Positions 25,074 through 32,950 of a stretch of 42,075 bases of DNA are shown one piece after another. Source of the DNA: a virus (taxonomy: Duplodnaviria; Caudoviricetes); IMG/VR virus record IMGVR_UViG_3300048855_000209, positions 1 to 42,075 of that record; one strand, written 5' to 3'. Each line of letters starts with the position of its first letter. Position 1 is the first letter of the stretch. Made by a program: the position numbers and the translations under genes. The notes beneath the pieces are model-generated. The model was not told the DNA's origin, ran no database searches, and saw nothing but the letters and a program-made list of their open reading frames with translations.

Positions 25074-25532
25074 ATGGCCCGCATCACCGTGCGCGAAGCG
25101 GCCTATGCCGCGTTGGCCGCCTGTCTGATGGAAGCCATGCCGGAGGTGCCGGTCGAGCGCAACCGGCGCAGTCTGCTTAATGCTGGCGAGAGCCCGCGCT
25201 TGGTGCTGCGCGATAGCTCGCAGGTCCCGCGCCCGGACGGCGTAGGAGAGGACCACTTCGTCCTCCAGGCCCTGCTGGAGGGCTACGTCGAGAGCGCCGA
25301 CGACACGGTCGGCGCCGATCTGAGCGTCCTTTATGCCCGCGCATCCGAGGCGCTCTGCACGGTACCGATCATCGCTGCTGATGGTGTGACCGAGATCTAC
25401 GTCACCGAGGGCAACCTCGACATCGACATCGCGGCCGTTGCCGAGAGCGAAGACCCGGTGGGCGCCTTTTACCTGGAGCTCTCCTTCGAGCTTCGAGTGC
25501 CATTCGGCACCCGCTTCATCGAAACCCCCTGA
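25074..25532 (+). CDS. Tail terminator / tail completion protein
   Basis: Acidic 152-aa protein (TVREAAYAAL...VERNR) just before the tail tube gene. Confidence 0.65.
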   Translation: MARITVREAAYAALAACLMEAMPEVPVERNRRSLLNAGESPRLVLRDSSQVPRPDGVGEDHFVLQALLEGYVESADDTVGADLSVLYARASEALCTVPIIAADGVTEIYVTEGNLDIDIAAVAESEDPVGAFYLELSFELRVPFGTRFIETP

Positions 25533-25547
25533 TCCAAGGAGGGCCCC

Positions 25548-26729
25548 ATGGCCACCCCGCAGGACTATGTCGTCCTCAAGCTCTCCGCCGTCGCGGTGAA
25601 GACCGAGACTACGGTCGGCCAGGATGCAATCAACGGCACCCCAGCCGCAGGCGACTGGCTCGGCGCCGAGGTCACGGTCCGCATGCCACAGCAGACGGCC
25701 GAGGACCCGTCCATGACCGGCTCGCTCGATGCGAACGCGCCGATCGTGACCGGCATCAAGCCCGAGATCACCCTGCGCGTGCCCCTACGCGGCCCGGGCA
25801 CGGCCGGCCAGGCGCCCGAGATCGGCAAGCTGCTGAAGGCGGCGCGCTTCACCGAACTGCTGACCGCGACCGCGATCGGCGCGCCCACCGCGGCCACCGC
25901 CGGCACTACCGGCACAGCGACGCTCGCCTCGCCCTTCGTCGCGACCGCCCAGGCCTATCGCGGCATGCCCATGGCACTCTCGGGCAACCCGTCCACCCCG
26001 ATCATCCTGCCAGTGATGGACTACACCGCCGGGCGGGTTGCGGACTTCCCCTATGTCTTCAATGAGCCGCTCAGCGCCACCACTCTGGCGCAGATCCTGC
26101 CGAACGCCCTCTACGCCCCGACCTCGGACCTCTCCCTCCTGAAGCCGGTAACGATCTACGGTTACCGCAACGGGTTGCGGCACCGCTTCGTTGGCTGCGT
26201 CGGTACCGGCGTGCTGGAGATGGTTGCTGGGCAGCCGGCCTATATGACCTTCACCATGCGCGGCCTGCTGCTGGACGCCTACCAGCCCGTGGCGCTGCCC
26301 ACCGGCTGGAACCAGGTGGCCCGCGCCACGCCCCCGACTTGGCTGAACGGTGTCAGCCGCCTCGATGGCCAGCTCTGCAATTGCTCCCGCTTCACCTGGG
26401 ATCTCGGCGTGCAGATGGTGGATCCGGAGAACCCGGAGGCGCCGCAGGGCTTCGACAGCCCGATCATCGTCAGCGCCACCCAGCGCCTGTCGATCGACCC
26501 CTTCGCCAACTCTACTCGCAGCCCGACCCGGTTCACCAAGTACCAGCAGGGCCAGGCAGTCGAGTACGCGGCCAGCATCGGCACCGTGGCCGGCAACCGC
26601 ATCTCCGTGGCCGCGCCGAGCAGCATCATCACCGCCTTCGACGACACCAACCGCAGCAGCCTCGGCGTGGACCAGCTGACGCTCACCCCGAACGTGCCGG
26701 ATGCCGGCGTGTTCCTGAGCTTCTACTGA
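25548..26729 (+). CDS. Major tail (tube) protein
   Basis: AVKTETTVGQD N-terminus; T/A/G-rich; precedes the chaperone; AAGGAGG RBS. Confidence 0.75.
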   Translation: MATPQDYVVLKLSAVAVKTETTVGQDAINGTPAAGDWLGAEVTVRMPQQTAEDPSMTGSLDANAPIVTGIKPEITLRVPLRGPGTAGQAPEIGKLLKAARFTELLTATAIGAPTAATAGTTGTATLASPFVATAQAYRGMPMALSGNPSTPIILPVMDYTAGRVADFPYVFNEPLSATTLAQILPNALYAPTSDLSLLKPVTIYGYRNGLRHRFVGCVGTGVLEMVAGQPAYMTFTMRGLLLDAYQPVALPTGWNQVARATPPTWLNGVSRLDGQLCNCSRFTWDLGVQMVDPENPEAPQGFDSPIIVSATQRLSIDPFANSTRSPTRFTKYQQGQAVEYAASIGTVAGNRISVAAPSSIITAFDDTNRSSLGVDQLTLTPNVPDAGVFLSFY

Positions 26730-26758
26730 CCATGGCCAGCACGAGGAAGGCTGCCCTC

Positions 26759-27373
26759 ATGGCCAGCACCGCCGCCACCCCGCCCGTTGTTACCGGCGCT
26801 GGGGTGCGCGAGACTATCGATCTGGGCGGGCGCCGCTATGTCCTAGCGGCCCCCACCTATGCTGCGGTGGGCGAGTTCCTGGAGGCGCAGGCGCGCCTGG
26901 GCACGCCCGGTGCGGCCGAGCTGGCGGATGCGATCCGCGCGGCGATGGAGGCCTCGGGCGAGGGCATCGAGGCGCTGGACGCGGCCGAGGAGGCGGAGGA
27001 CGCCTGGATCAGTTTCGTCAACGTGCACCAGGTCACCGGGCCGGACGCGACGGAGAACATCCAGACCCAGGCCGTCGAGCTGAACCGGACCTTGCTGAAG
27101 GCGCGCCGGGCGCGGGACCGCGCCACGGCCAAGGTGATGCGGGATCCGCGCGTGCTGGAACTCCGGGCACAGCAGCAGGCCGCCACTCACCAGGAGCACT
27201 GCGGCCTCTGCGCCCTGCTGCTCCGCGAGTGGGAGGGAGAGGGCCTGCCGCCCTTCCCAGAGAAGCTCGACGGCGCGGCCGTCGCCGCAGCGCTCCCCAT
27301 GGGCGACGTCGCTGTCCTCGCGAAGCGCGCTTACGCCCTCATGCAGCCGACGGCGGACGCGGCAAAAAACTGA
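26759..27373 (+). CDS. Tail assembly chaperone (gpG-like)
   Basis: Follows the tube gene; ends in slippery A AAA AAC TGA. Confidence 0.75.
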   Translation: MASTAATPPVVTGAGVRETIDLGGRRYVLAAPTYAAVGEFLEAQARLGTPGAAELADAIRAAMEASGEGIEALDAAEEAEDAWISFVNVHQVTGPDATENIQTQAVELNRTLLKARRARDRATAKVMRDPRVLELRAQQQAATHQEHCGLCALLLREWEGEGLPPFPEKLDGAAVAAALPMGDVAVLAKRAYALMQPTADAAKN

Positions 27374-27660
27374 CGGCCGCCCTGGTCGTGGCGCGCAGCC
27401 CGAAGGCCTTCACCGGCGGGCTTCGCCACGTCTCGGGCGGCGATTGGATCGTGGGCGCGACTGAGAGGCGGCGGAACCCGCGGCTCGCGATCCCGCAGGT
27501 CTACCACCACGTCGTGCGGCTCTGGTCACGCTGCCGCGGGGGGATGGGGGCCGGCATCCTCCCCGAACCGGGCGGCCTGAACCAGCAGCCGGCCTGGCTG
27601 GTGCGGGCCTTCGGGATCCTCGACGGGGCGGACGCGGAGTTGAGCGAGAGGAAGGAGTAG
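27364..27660 (+). CDS. gpT-like -1 frameshift extension of the tail chaperone
   Basis: The -1 frame stays open after AAAAAAC and encodes GILPEPGGLNQQPAW, typical of gpGT extensions. Confidence 0.75.
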   Translation, partial: KKLTAALVVARSPKAFTGGLRHVSGGDWIVGATERRRNPRLAIPQVYHHVVRLWSRCRGGMGAGILPEPGGLNQQPAWLVRAFGILDGADAELSERKE

Positions 27661-27722
27661 GACTCCACTTCAAAGCGAAACGGTGCCAGCTTTCTCCCGC
27701 TACCTACGAGAGGAAGAAGCGC

Positions 27723-27905
27723 GTGGCGAAAAAGGGTGGTGGTAGTGGGCACGGCAGCAAGACGCCTTCCAGCCCGTCTCCTGCCAGAAGTAAAGGAACG
27801 GTGTCTCGGCCTACGGAAAAGTCCAGCACCAATAAGGGAAAAGCACACGACGGCGGAGTGCTGAATTACACGCTCAGGACCAAGCCACCGCCACCCAAAG
27901 GCTAA
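27723..27905 (+). CDS. 60-aa Lys/Ser/Pro-rich disordered peptide
   Basis: GAGGAAG RBS; precedes the SLATT-like gene. Confidence 0.45.
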   Translation: MAKKGGGSGHGSKTPSSPSPARSKGTVSRPTEKSSTNKGKAHDGGVLNYTLRTKPPPPKG

Positions 27906-27925
27906 GTACAAAGCAGAGAATGTGA

Positions 27926-28480
27926 ATGAACGACGAACTCATCAGACTGCGTCATAAGATTGACTGGGTGAGTTCTTGTGCTCTGCGCTACCATAATCGA
28001 AGGAGGACATTCTTAGACAAACTCGCAAGGCTTGATCCAGCGATAACACTAATCTCCGGGGGCACCACGTTCGGTGCCCTCGCTGCAAAAGAGCCTGACT
28101 TGGCTCAGGTGTTTGCCGCGACGACAGCCATTCTGAGTGCGCTCAGCTTATCTTTTGGTTTCAGCGATAGGGCGCAGGAGCACCGCGACCTTTATCGGCG
28201 GTGGGCGGCTCTCCGGGCCGACCTTGCCAAGGTGAAGCCGAGCGACGAGGACGGACTGCGCCGCCTTGATGCCGAACTGGAGATGATCGGCGGTGATACT
28301 CCAGGGCAGATGGAAGTCCTGTCAGTAGTTGTCGAAAACGAAGAGCGAGCTTCGCGTGGGTCCGTTGGGCACTGCCGGGTATTCTGGTATCAGCGGTTCT
28401 TCGCGCCTCTAATTAGCCTACCACCTTTCAACTTCCCAGAGCAGTGCGCTGCACCGCCGCCCCCCATTCCAGCAGAATAG
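27926..28480 (+). CDS. SLATT-like 2-TM membrane protein, candidate anti-phage effector
   Basis: LRYHNRRRTFLDK, two TM helices, then SDRAQEHRDLYRRWAAL helical bundle. Confidence 0.65.
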   Translation: MNDELIRLRHKIDWVSSCALRYHNRRRTFLDKLARLDPAITLISGGTTFGALAAKEPDLAQVFAATTAILSALSLSFGFSDRAQEHRDLYRRWAALRADLAKVKPSDEDGLRRLDAELEMIGGDTPGQMEVLSVVVENEERASRGSVGHCRVFWYQRFFAPLISLPPFNFPEQCAAPPPPIPAE

Positions 28481-28499
28481 GTCCGATCAAGGCAGGGTT

Positions 28500-28527
28500 C
28501 CCGTCGCCCGGTATGGGCGACGTGGGT
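28500..28527. terminator. Hairpin between convergent genes
   Basis: CGTCGCCC-ggtat-GGGCGACG. Confidence 0.5.
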
Positions 28528-28533
28528 TGACAA

Positions 28534-28983
28534 TCAAATCGGGCGAGGCTGGCAGATAAGAGAAAAGCGCAGATAATCTTGATTGGTGCCGTTGCTGATA
28601 AAGGGAAGTGAGCCGTCAATCCCGGCATAAAACGGACGGAGGCCCGTAAATCCGCCGAAACCGTTCTTTGCGTTGATGGCGCCGCATAAATAGCGGATTT
28701 GCGGATTGTCCTTGTCCTGAACGATGTATGTGTTTTCGAAGGTAGCGCTCGCTGGATCACGAAGCCCCTTTCGTACTGCCGCCTGAGCGGCGCGAATTTC
28801 TCCGGGACGAGCTTCCACACGGATCGTGTGCTCCGCAGCACGGAGCCTCTGGTAAGCAGATTCGTTGCTGGCTGCCCGTTGCGCTTCCAACTGCCTGTTA
28901 CGGCGGTCCTGTTCTGCATAGAAGTCTTGCCTGGTCCCGCAGGACGCAAGCAGCGCAAGAGCAACAACAGCGATCCGGCGCAT
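28534..28983 (-). CDS. Lipoprotein of the DP.SA.F...CG.INAKN.FGG.TG family
   Basis: Signal peptide MRRIAVVALALLASC with lipobox; conserved motif block LRDPASATF...LCGAINAKNGFGGFTG. Confidence 0.8.
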   Translation of the reverse strand: MRRIAVVALALLASCGTRQDFYAEQDRRNRQLEAQRAASNESAYQRLRAAEHTIRVEARPGEIRAAQAAVRKGLRDPASATFENTYIVQDKDNPQIRYLCGAINAKNGFGGFTGLRPFYAGIDGSLPFISNGTNQDYLRFSLICQPRPI

Positions 28984-28987
28984 GGGG

Positions 28988-29479
28988 CTACCCTTCACTG
29001 GAGCCAAATTTCTGTTTCTCAATTTCGAATATATGTTTCTCAAGACGTTCACGGGCCCGTTCGCCTTCTTCTCGAATTTGCCTAGCCCATCTTTCTTCGC
29101 GTTCGGGCTTCTCTTTTTTCCACCGCTCATACAGTTCGTCGAATCGCTTTAAATACTGCTCCTCGTACTGCTCCTGAGTAATGCCTGCTGCTTCAGCAAG
29201 GTCGCCAACGATCTGAAAGCTAATGAACAAACTCGCTGCTTCCTGCTCGATTACGCGAGTTTTCTTCTGGTCCTCAGACAGCAGGCGTCTCGCAGCTCGT
29301 AAAGAAGCTTCAGCTTGCCGAATGGCAACGTAAACGTCCTTCGGTCCACCAAGGTGGTTGGAAAGAACATCGACGACTAGGGCGTTGAGAGACTGGCCGC
29401 GTTGCTTCGCAGCCGCCTCGGTAGCCTGCTCGTGCAGAGCCTTCGGCATACGAAGCGTAAAGCGCACGTCATCATCCAT
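28988..29479 (-). CDS. Mnt-like ribbon-helix-helix repressor with coiled-coil C-terminus
   Basis: RFTLRMPKALHEQ...QSLNALVVDVL RHH; divergent from the arc-like gene. Confidence 0.8.
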   Translation of the reverse strand: MDDDVRFTLRMPKALHEQATEAAAKQRGQSLNALVVDVLSNHLGGPKDVYVAIRQAEASLRAARRLLSEDQKKTRVIEQEAASLFISFQIVGDLAEAAGITQEQYEEQYLKRFDELYERWKKEKPEREERWARQIREEGERARERLEKHIFEIEKQKFGSSEG

Positions 29480-29566
29480 GGTGTCAGCCTAACAGAGCTT
29501 GCCTGAAATGGCTTGACACCATGAGTGGTGCAGCACCAGGATCGTAGCTGCACCACTCATGGTGTC
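29477..29566. promoter_or_regulatory. Divergent promoter/operator with a perfect 20-bp inverted repeat
   Basis: GACACCATGAGTGGTGCAGC (29515-29534), 12-nt spacer, GCTGCACCACTCATGGTGTC (29547-29566); TTGACA at 29513; extra CATGGTGTCA at 29477. Confidence 0.8.
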
Positions 29567-29581
29567 GCCGGACGGGAGACA

Positions 29582-29776
29582 ATGACGGTACAGACTGCAT
29601 CGCGCCTTACCCTGCGCCTTCCTCGCCCTCTCAAGGGGTGGATCGAACAGCAGGCTAGGGCGAATGACAGGTCTCTGAATACGGAGATCATGTTTCTGCT
29701 GGAACTAGCCCGCCTGGGCGTCCAGCAACCCCGCCCCCTCGGGGGCGGTCAGCCGGTGGTGGAGCGTCAGGCCTAG
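29582..29776 (+). CDS. arc: Arc-family RHH repressor
   Basis: RLTLRLPRPLKGWIEQQARANDRSLNTEIMFLL; GGAG RBS. Confidence 0.85.
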   Translation: MTVQTASRLTLRLPRPLKGWIEQQARANDRSLNTEIMFLLELARLGVQQPRPLGGGQPVVERQA

Positions 29777-29861
29777 GAACCTGCCCCACCACCGGCCTCG
29801 CAACCTGCCCTTCCCGCGCTGCAATCGCGGAAGGGCTCTCACATCGAAATGGAGCTTCGAC

Positions 29862-30674
29862 ATGAGTGGAACCGATGATATCGGGGCTCAGCCCCCTTCC
29901 GGTCAACTGGAACCGTTCCAGTCAGCCCTGATCCCCTTCGATTTCGAAGGTCATGCCGTGCGGGTCGTGAGTGCCGGCGGCGAGCCCCGGTTCGTCCTGG
30001 CCGACGTGTGCAGGGTGCTGGAGATTGAGAACCCGAGCCGAGCGGCAAGCCGCCTCGATGAGGACGAAAAGGGGCTTCATAGTGTGAAGACCCCTGGCGG
30101 CGAGCAGATGCTCAACGTCATCAATGAGAGCGGCCTCTACAGCCTTATCCTGACTAGCCGTAAGGAGGCGGCGAAGCGGCTCAAGAAGTGGGTGACCGCC
30201 GAGGTGCTGCCTGCCATCCGCAAGACCGGCGGTTACATGGTAGCGACCCCAGAGGAGACGCCGGAAGCCTTGGCCCTGCGCGCCCTGACTGTTCTCCAAG
30301 CGACGGTAGAGCGTCAGAAGGCGCAGTTGGCTGTGGCCGCGCCCAAAGCAGAAGCCTTGGACCGAATTGCCGAGGCAGATGGCAGCCACTGCATCATGGA
30401 CGCCGCCAAAGCGCTCCAGATCCGGCCGAAGGACCTATTCGCCTACCTGGATCAGAACGGCTGGACCTATCGCCGGCCAGGGTCGGACCACCGTTGCGCC
30501 TACCAGACCCGGATTGTCTCAGGCGATATGGTCCATAAGGTGCACACGGTGCTCATGCCGGATGGGTCCGAGAAGATCCGGGAGCAGGTCCGCGTGACGC
30601 CGAAGGGGTTGACGAAGCTGGCGAAGCTGCTGGGTTCGGCGGCTCGGCTGGTAATGAGTGGGGAGGCGGCCTGA
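29862..30674 (+). CDS. ant: Phage antirepressor (BRO-N plus KilA-C/ANT domains)
   Basis: FDFEGHAVRVV...INESGLYSLILTSRK...KWVTAEVLPAIRKTGGY; APKAEALDRIA...VTPKGL. Confidence 0.92.
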   Translation: MSGTDDIGAQPPSGQLEPFQSALIPFDFEGHAVRVVSAGGEPRFVLADVCRVLEIENPSRAASRLDEDEKGLHSVKTPGGEQMLNVINESGLYSLILTSRKEAAKRLKKWVTAEVLPAIRKTGGYMVATPEETPEALALRALTVLQATVERQKAQLAVAAPKAEALDRIAEADGSHCIMDAAKALQIRPKDLFAYLDQNGWTYRRPGSDHRCAYQTRIVSGDMVHKVHTVLMPDGSEKIREQVRVTPKGLTKLAKLLGSAARLVMSGEAA

Positions 30675-30904
30675 TGCTTCGTCCCATGACGCACGAGGAG
30701 GAGACGAACCTCGCGACAGCAATCATGTATCGCGAGGGCTTCGGTATTGAGGCGGGGATTCATGCCGCCACGCAGATGAAGCTGGCAGAGGACCTGACCC
30801 AGCTGTTGAAGGCAGGGGTCGAAGTGGACGAGACCGAGGACGAGGCCGCCCCAGGCGGCATCGGCTACGTCTTCACCATCCCGACCGCGGAGGGCACCCA
30901 CTGA
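30674..30904 (+). CDS. Hypothetical acidic protein
   Basis: TGATG coupling. Confidence 0.6.
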   Translation: MLRPMTHEEETNLATAIMYREGFGIEAGIHAATQMKLAEDLTQLLKAGVEVDETEDEAAPGGIGYVFTIPTAEGTH

Positions 30905-31299
30905 TGCCCGTCCTCTCCCGCCGGAACGTCATGACCGTGACGTCTATGCTGGCCGGTCGCTCGTTACCCTTTGCGGCCTCGCCGGACGCTGAGCTTCTCG
31001 CCCTCGGTGAGCGGTTGAAGGTGAATCGTCAGCGCTGCGACGCTCTGATCGACCCCTGGTACGACGCAGCGGGCGGGTGCCCACAGGAAGTCTATATTCA
31101 GATGCGACCACTCAGGGCCGAGTATGCGCAATTGGTGACGGCCATCGGCGAGTGCACCGCTACAACGATCCAGGGTCTTCGCGTGAAGGCTGCGGCTGCG
31201 ATGGAACAGTTCGATCTCGCCATTGGGGCTGACGTGCGGCCCGACGAGGACGGCTTCCTCGCTTGGTCGCTATGCCGGGATCTTCTTCAGACGAGCTAA
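30904..31299 (+). CDS. Hypothetical protein (PDAELLAL...ATTIQGLRVKA family)
   Basis: TGATG coupling; SRRNV N-terminus. Confidence 0.65.
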   Translation: MPVLSRRNVMTVTSMLAGRSLPFAASPDAELLALGERLKVNRQRCDALIDPWYDAAGGCPQEVYIQMRPLRAEYAQLVTAIGECTATTIQGLRVKAAAAMEQFDLAIGADVRPDEDGFLAWSLCRDLLQTS

Positions 31300-31330
31300 C
31301 CCGGAAGGGTATCAGCACTGCATATCTCTT

Positions 31331-31356
31331 GAGGGGCCGCCCGGTGGCGGCCCTTC
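31331..31356. terminator. Hairpin between the convergent ant and higBA operons
   Basis: GGGCCGCC-cggt-GGCGGCCC. Confidence 0.6.
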
Positions 31357-31361
31357 GCAAT

Positions 31362-31511
31362 TCAGGGCTGAGTTGAGCTGATCTTCGCGATGAGCAGCTT
31401 TATCTCGTCAGCCCGGGTCGGAGGCACGCCGAGATCTTCGGCGGCGCCTTCTTCCAAGGCGACGATCCAGCGAGCGACTGCCAGCAGAAGATTCCGTTCG
31501 TCGTCGGTCAT
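31362..31511 (-). CDS. 49-aa ORF coupled to higA (MTDDERNLLLAVARWIVALEEGAAEDLGVPPTRADEIKLLIAKISSTQP), not in ORF track
   Basis: Own translation; ATGA overlap with the higA stop; ends just before the terminator hairpin. Confidence 0.55.
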   Translation of the reverse strand: MTDDERNLLLAVARWIVALEEGAAEDLGVPPTRADEIKLLIAKISSTQP

Positions 31512-31828
31512 GCCGCCAGCGTCTGCCGCGCGTGGGCAAGGTCCAGCCCCATTTGCAAGCCAAGCCAGAACTCAGGGCTGTTACCGAAGCGACGGGCCAG
31601 AAGGATGGCGGTCTCGGCTGTTACCGCACGAGTGCCATTGATGATGCCCGTGATACGGTTTGTCGGCACGCCGATCTCGGCAGCCAAGCGCTTCGAGGAA
31701 AGGCCCATGGGCAAGAGGAACTCCTCCCGGAGTATCTCGCCAGGGCTGACCAGCGGAATGGTCTCGCCGGTAGTGACGTCCGACAGGTCCACCTGGCCGG
31801 CGTCGAGGTCCTCGCGCAGAATAGTCAT
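31508..31828 (-). CDS. higA: HigA-family antitoxin (XRE HTH)
   Basis: PGEILREEFLLPMGLS...LAAEIGVPTNRITGIINGTRAVTAETAILLARRFGNSPEFWLGLQ. Confidence 0.93.
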   Translation of the reverse strand: MTILREDLDAGQVDLSDVTTGETIPLVSPGEILREEFLLPMGLSSKRLAAEIGVPTNRITGIINGTRAVTAETAILLARRFGNSPEFWLGLQMGLDLAHARQTLAA

Positions 31829-31868
31829 TTGAGTGTCTCCTTAGTGGGGCTCATCCGATAAGCAGCGG

Positions 31869-32150
31869 TCAGTGGTAGTCCACGATCTCCACGTCGTAGG
31901 CGTGGCCGTCGTGCCAGACGAAGCAGATGCGGAACTGTCGGTTCACGCGGATGCTGTGCTCGCCGACGCGGTCTCTGGTCAGGGCCTCCAGATGGTTGTT
32001 GGGCGGCACCTTCAAGTCGTTGAGGGTGATGGCCCGGTCGAGCATTGTGAGCTTCCGGCGAGCGACGGAGGCGATGCGGGCGGGGAAGCCCTTCGGCATC
32101 CGTCCCGCGAACACCGCCGCCGTTCGCTTGTCTTTGAAGCTCAAGATCAT
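31869..32150 (-). CDS. higB: HigB/RelE-family toxin
   Basis: MILSFKDK...ARRKLTMLD...PPNNHLEAL...HSIRVNRQFRICF.W...VEIVDYH. Confidence 0.95.
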   Translation of the reverse strand: MILSFKDKRTAAVFAGRMPKGFPARIASVARRKLTMLDRAITLNDLKVPPNNHLEALTRDRVGEHSIRVNRQFRICFVWHDGHAYDVEIVDYH

Positions 32151-32156
32151 AAGGGG

Positions 32157-32192
32157 TGACGTAAGGCGTAACCGGGGTTACGTCAAGCGTTA
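32157..32192 (-). promoter_or_regulatory. higBA promoter with palindromic operator
   Basis: TTGACG-N17-TACGTC on the minus strand; CGTAACC-gg-GGTTACG palindrome; ATG 7 nt after the -10 suggests a leaderless mRNA. Confidence 0.65.
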
Positions 32193-32260
32193 CCGCACCA
32201 GATGAGATAGATTCCAGGGCGTTCCATCCGGGGCGCCCTTTTCATTTGAGAGGGGTGCCC

Positions 32261-32950
32261 ATGGTTGCGATCCGCATCGCCTCCAGTGGCGTGCGCGTGC
32301 CCGATCTCCTGGCCACCTACCGGGCGCAGGCAGATCAGGTGGTGCAGGCTGCCGTGGAGGACGCGACCAGCGGCATGCTGGAGGACTTCCGGGCTAATCT
32401 CGCCGCGGCCTTCCCGGGCTCCAGCCGCGCACCGAACCTCGTCACCGACGTGGTCTTTCCAGAGCGCGCGGTCTCGATCAACGCCGCCGGCTCCGTGGTG
32501 GCTCGCGGCGGCAAGGCGAGCGCCTGGCCCGCCCCCCTGAAGCTCTTTGCCGAGGGCGGCACCATTCTTCCGACCAAGGCCGGAACGGCCCTGGCGATCC
32601 CGACCGCCCGCGTGCCGATGGTGGGGCGTCGCAAGATGACGCCCGATGAGGTGTCGCGCTCCTTCGGCGAGCGCCTGACCCTGGTGCCGGCCCGGAACGC
32701 CGGTGGGGTCTGGGGTTACCTCGTCCTCCGCAAGCAGACCATCGGCCGCAGTGGCGGCGTGCGGCGTGCAACCAAGCGGCGGGCCGAGCAGGGCCGGTCT
32801 GCCCAGACAGTCGTCATGTTCGTGCTGGTGCCCCGGGCGCGCATCCAGAAGCGCCTGGATTTCGACGGCATCTCCCGCCGCTGGGCCGGGCTGATGCCGA
32901 GCCTGCTGGACCGCGCCGCGGAGCGCATCATCGAGGGAGGGCGTAGCTGA
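32261..32950 (+). CDS. Basic tail/neck completion protein (DUF6441-like)
   Basis: [16 protein letters not shown] and MFVLVP..RI.KRLD; coupled to the TMP. Confidence 0.65.
   Translation: MVAIRIASSGVRVPDLLATYRAQADQVVQAAVEDATSGMLEDFRANLAAAFPGSSRAPNLVTDVVFPERAVSINAAGSVVARGGKASAWPAPLKLFAEGGTILPTKAGTALAIPTARVPMVGRRKMTPDEVSRSFGERLTLVPARNAGGVWGYLVLRKQTIGRSGGVRRATKRRAEQGRSAQTVVMFVLVPRARIQKRLDFDGISRRWAGLMPSLLDRAAERIIEGGRS

Noticed and set aside
26339-26758. Long N-terminal extensions in the ORF track (chaperone from 26339; also 6642-7298, 9381-9959 and 28534-29130)
   Set aside because: They overlap upstream genes; downstream starts with RBS, coupling or signal peptide fit better
26732-26769. ATGGCCAGCAC repeated at 26732 and 26759
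   Set aside because: A short duplication giving two possible starts; no further support for a function
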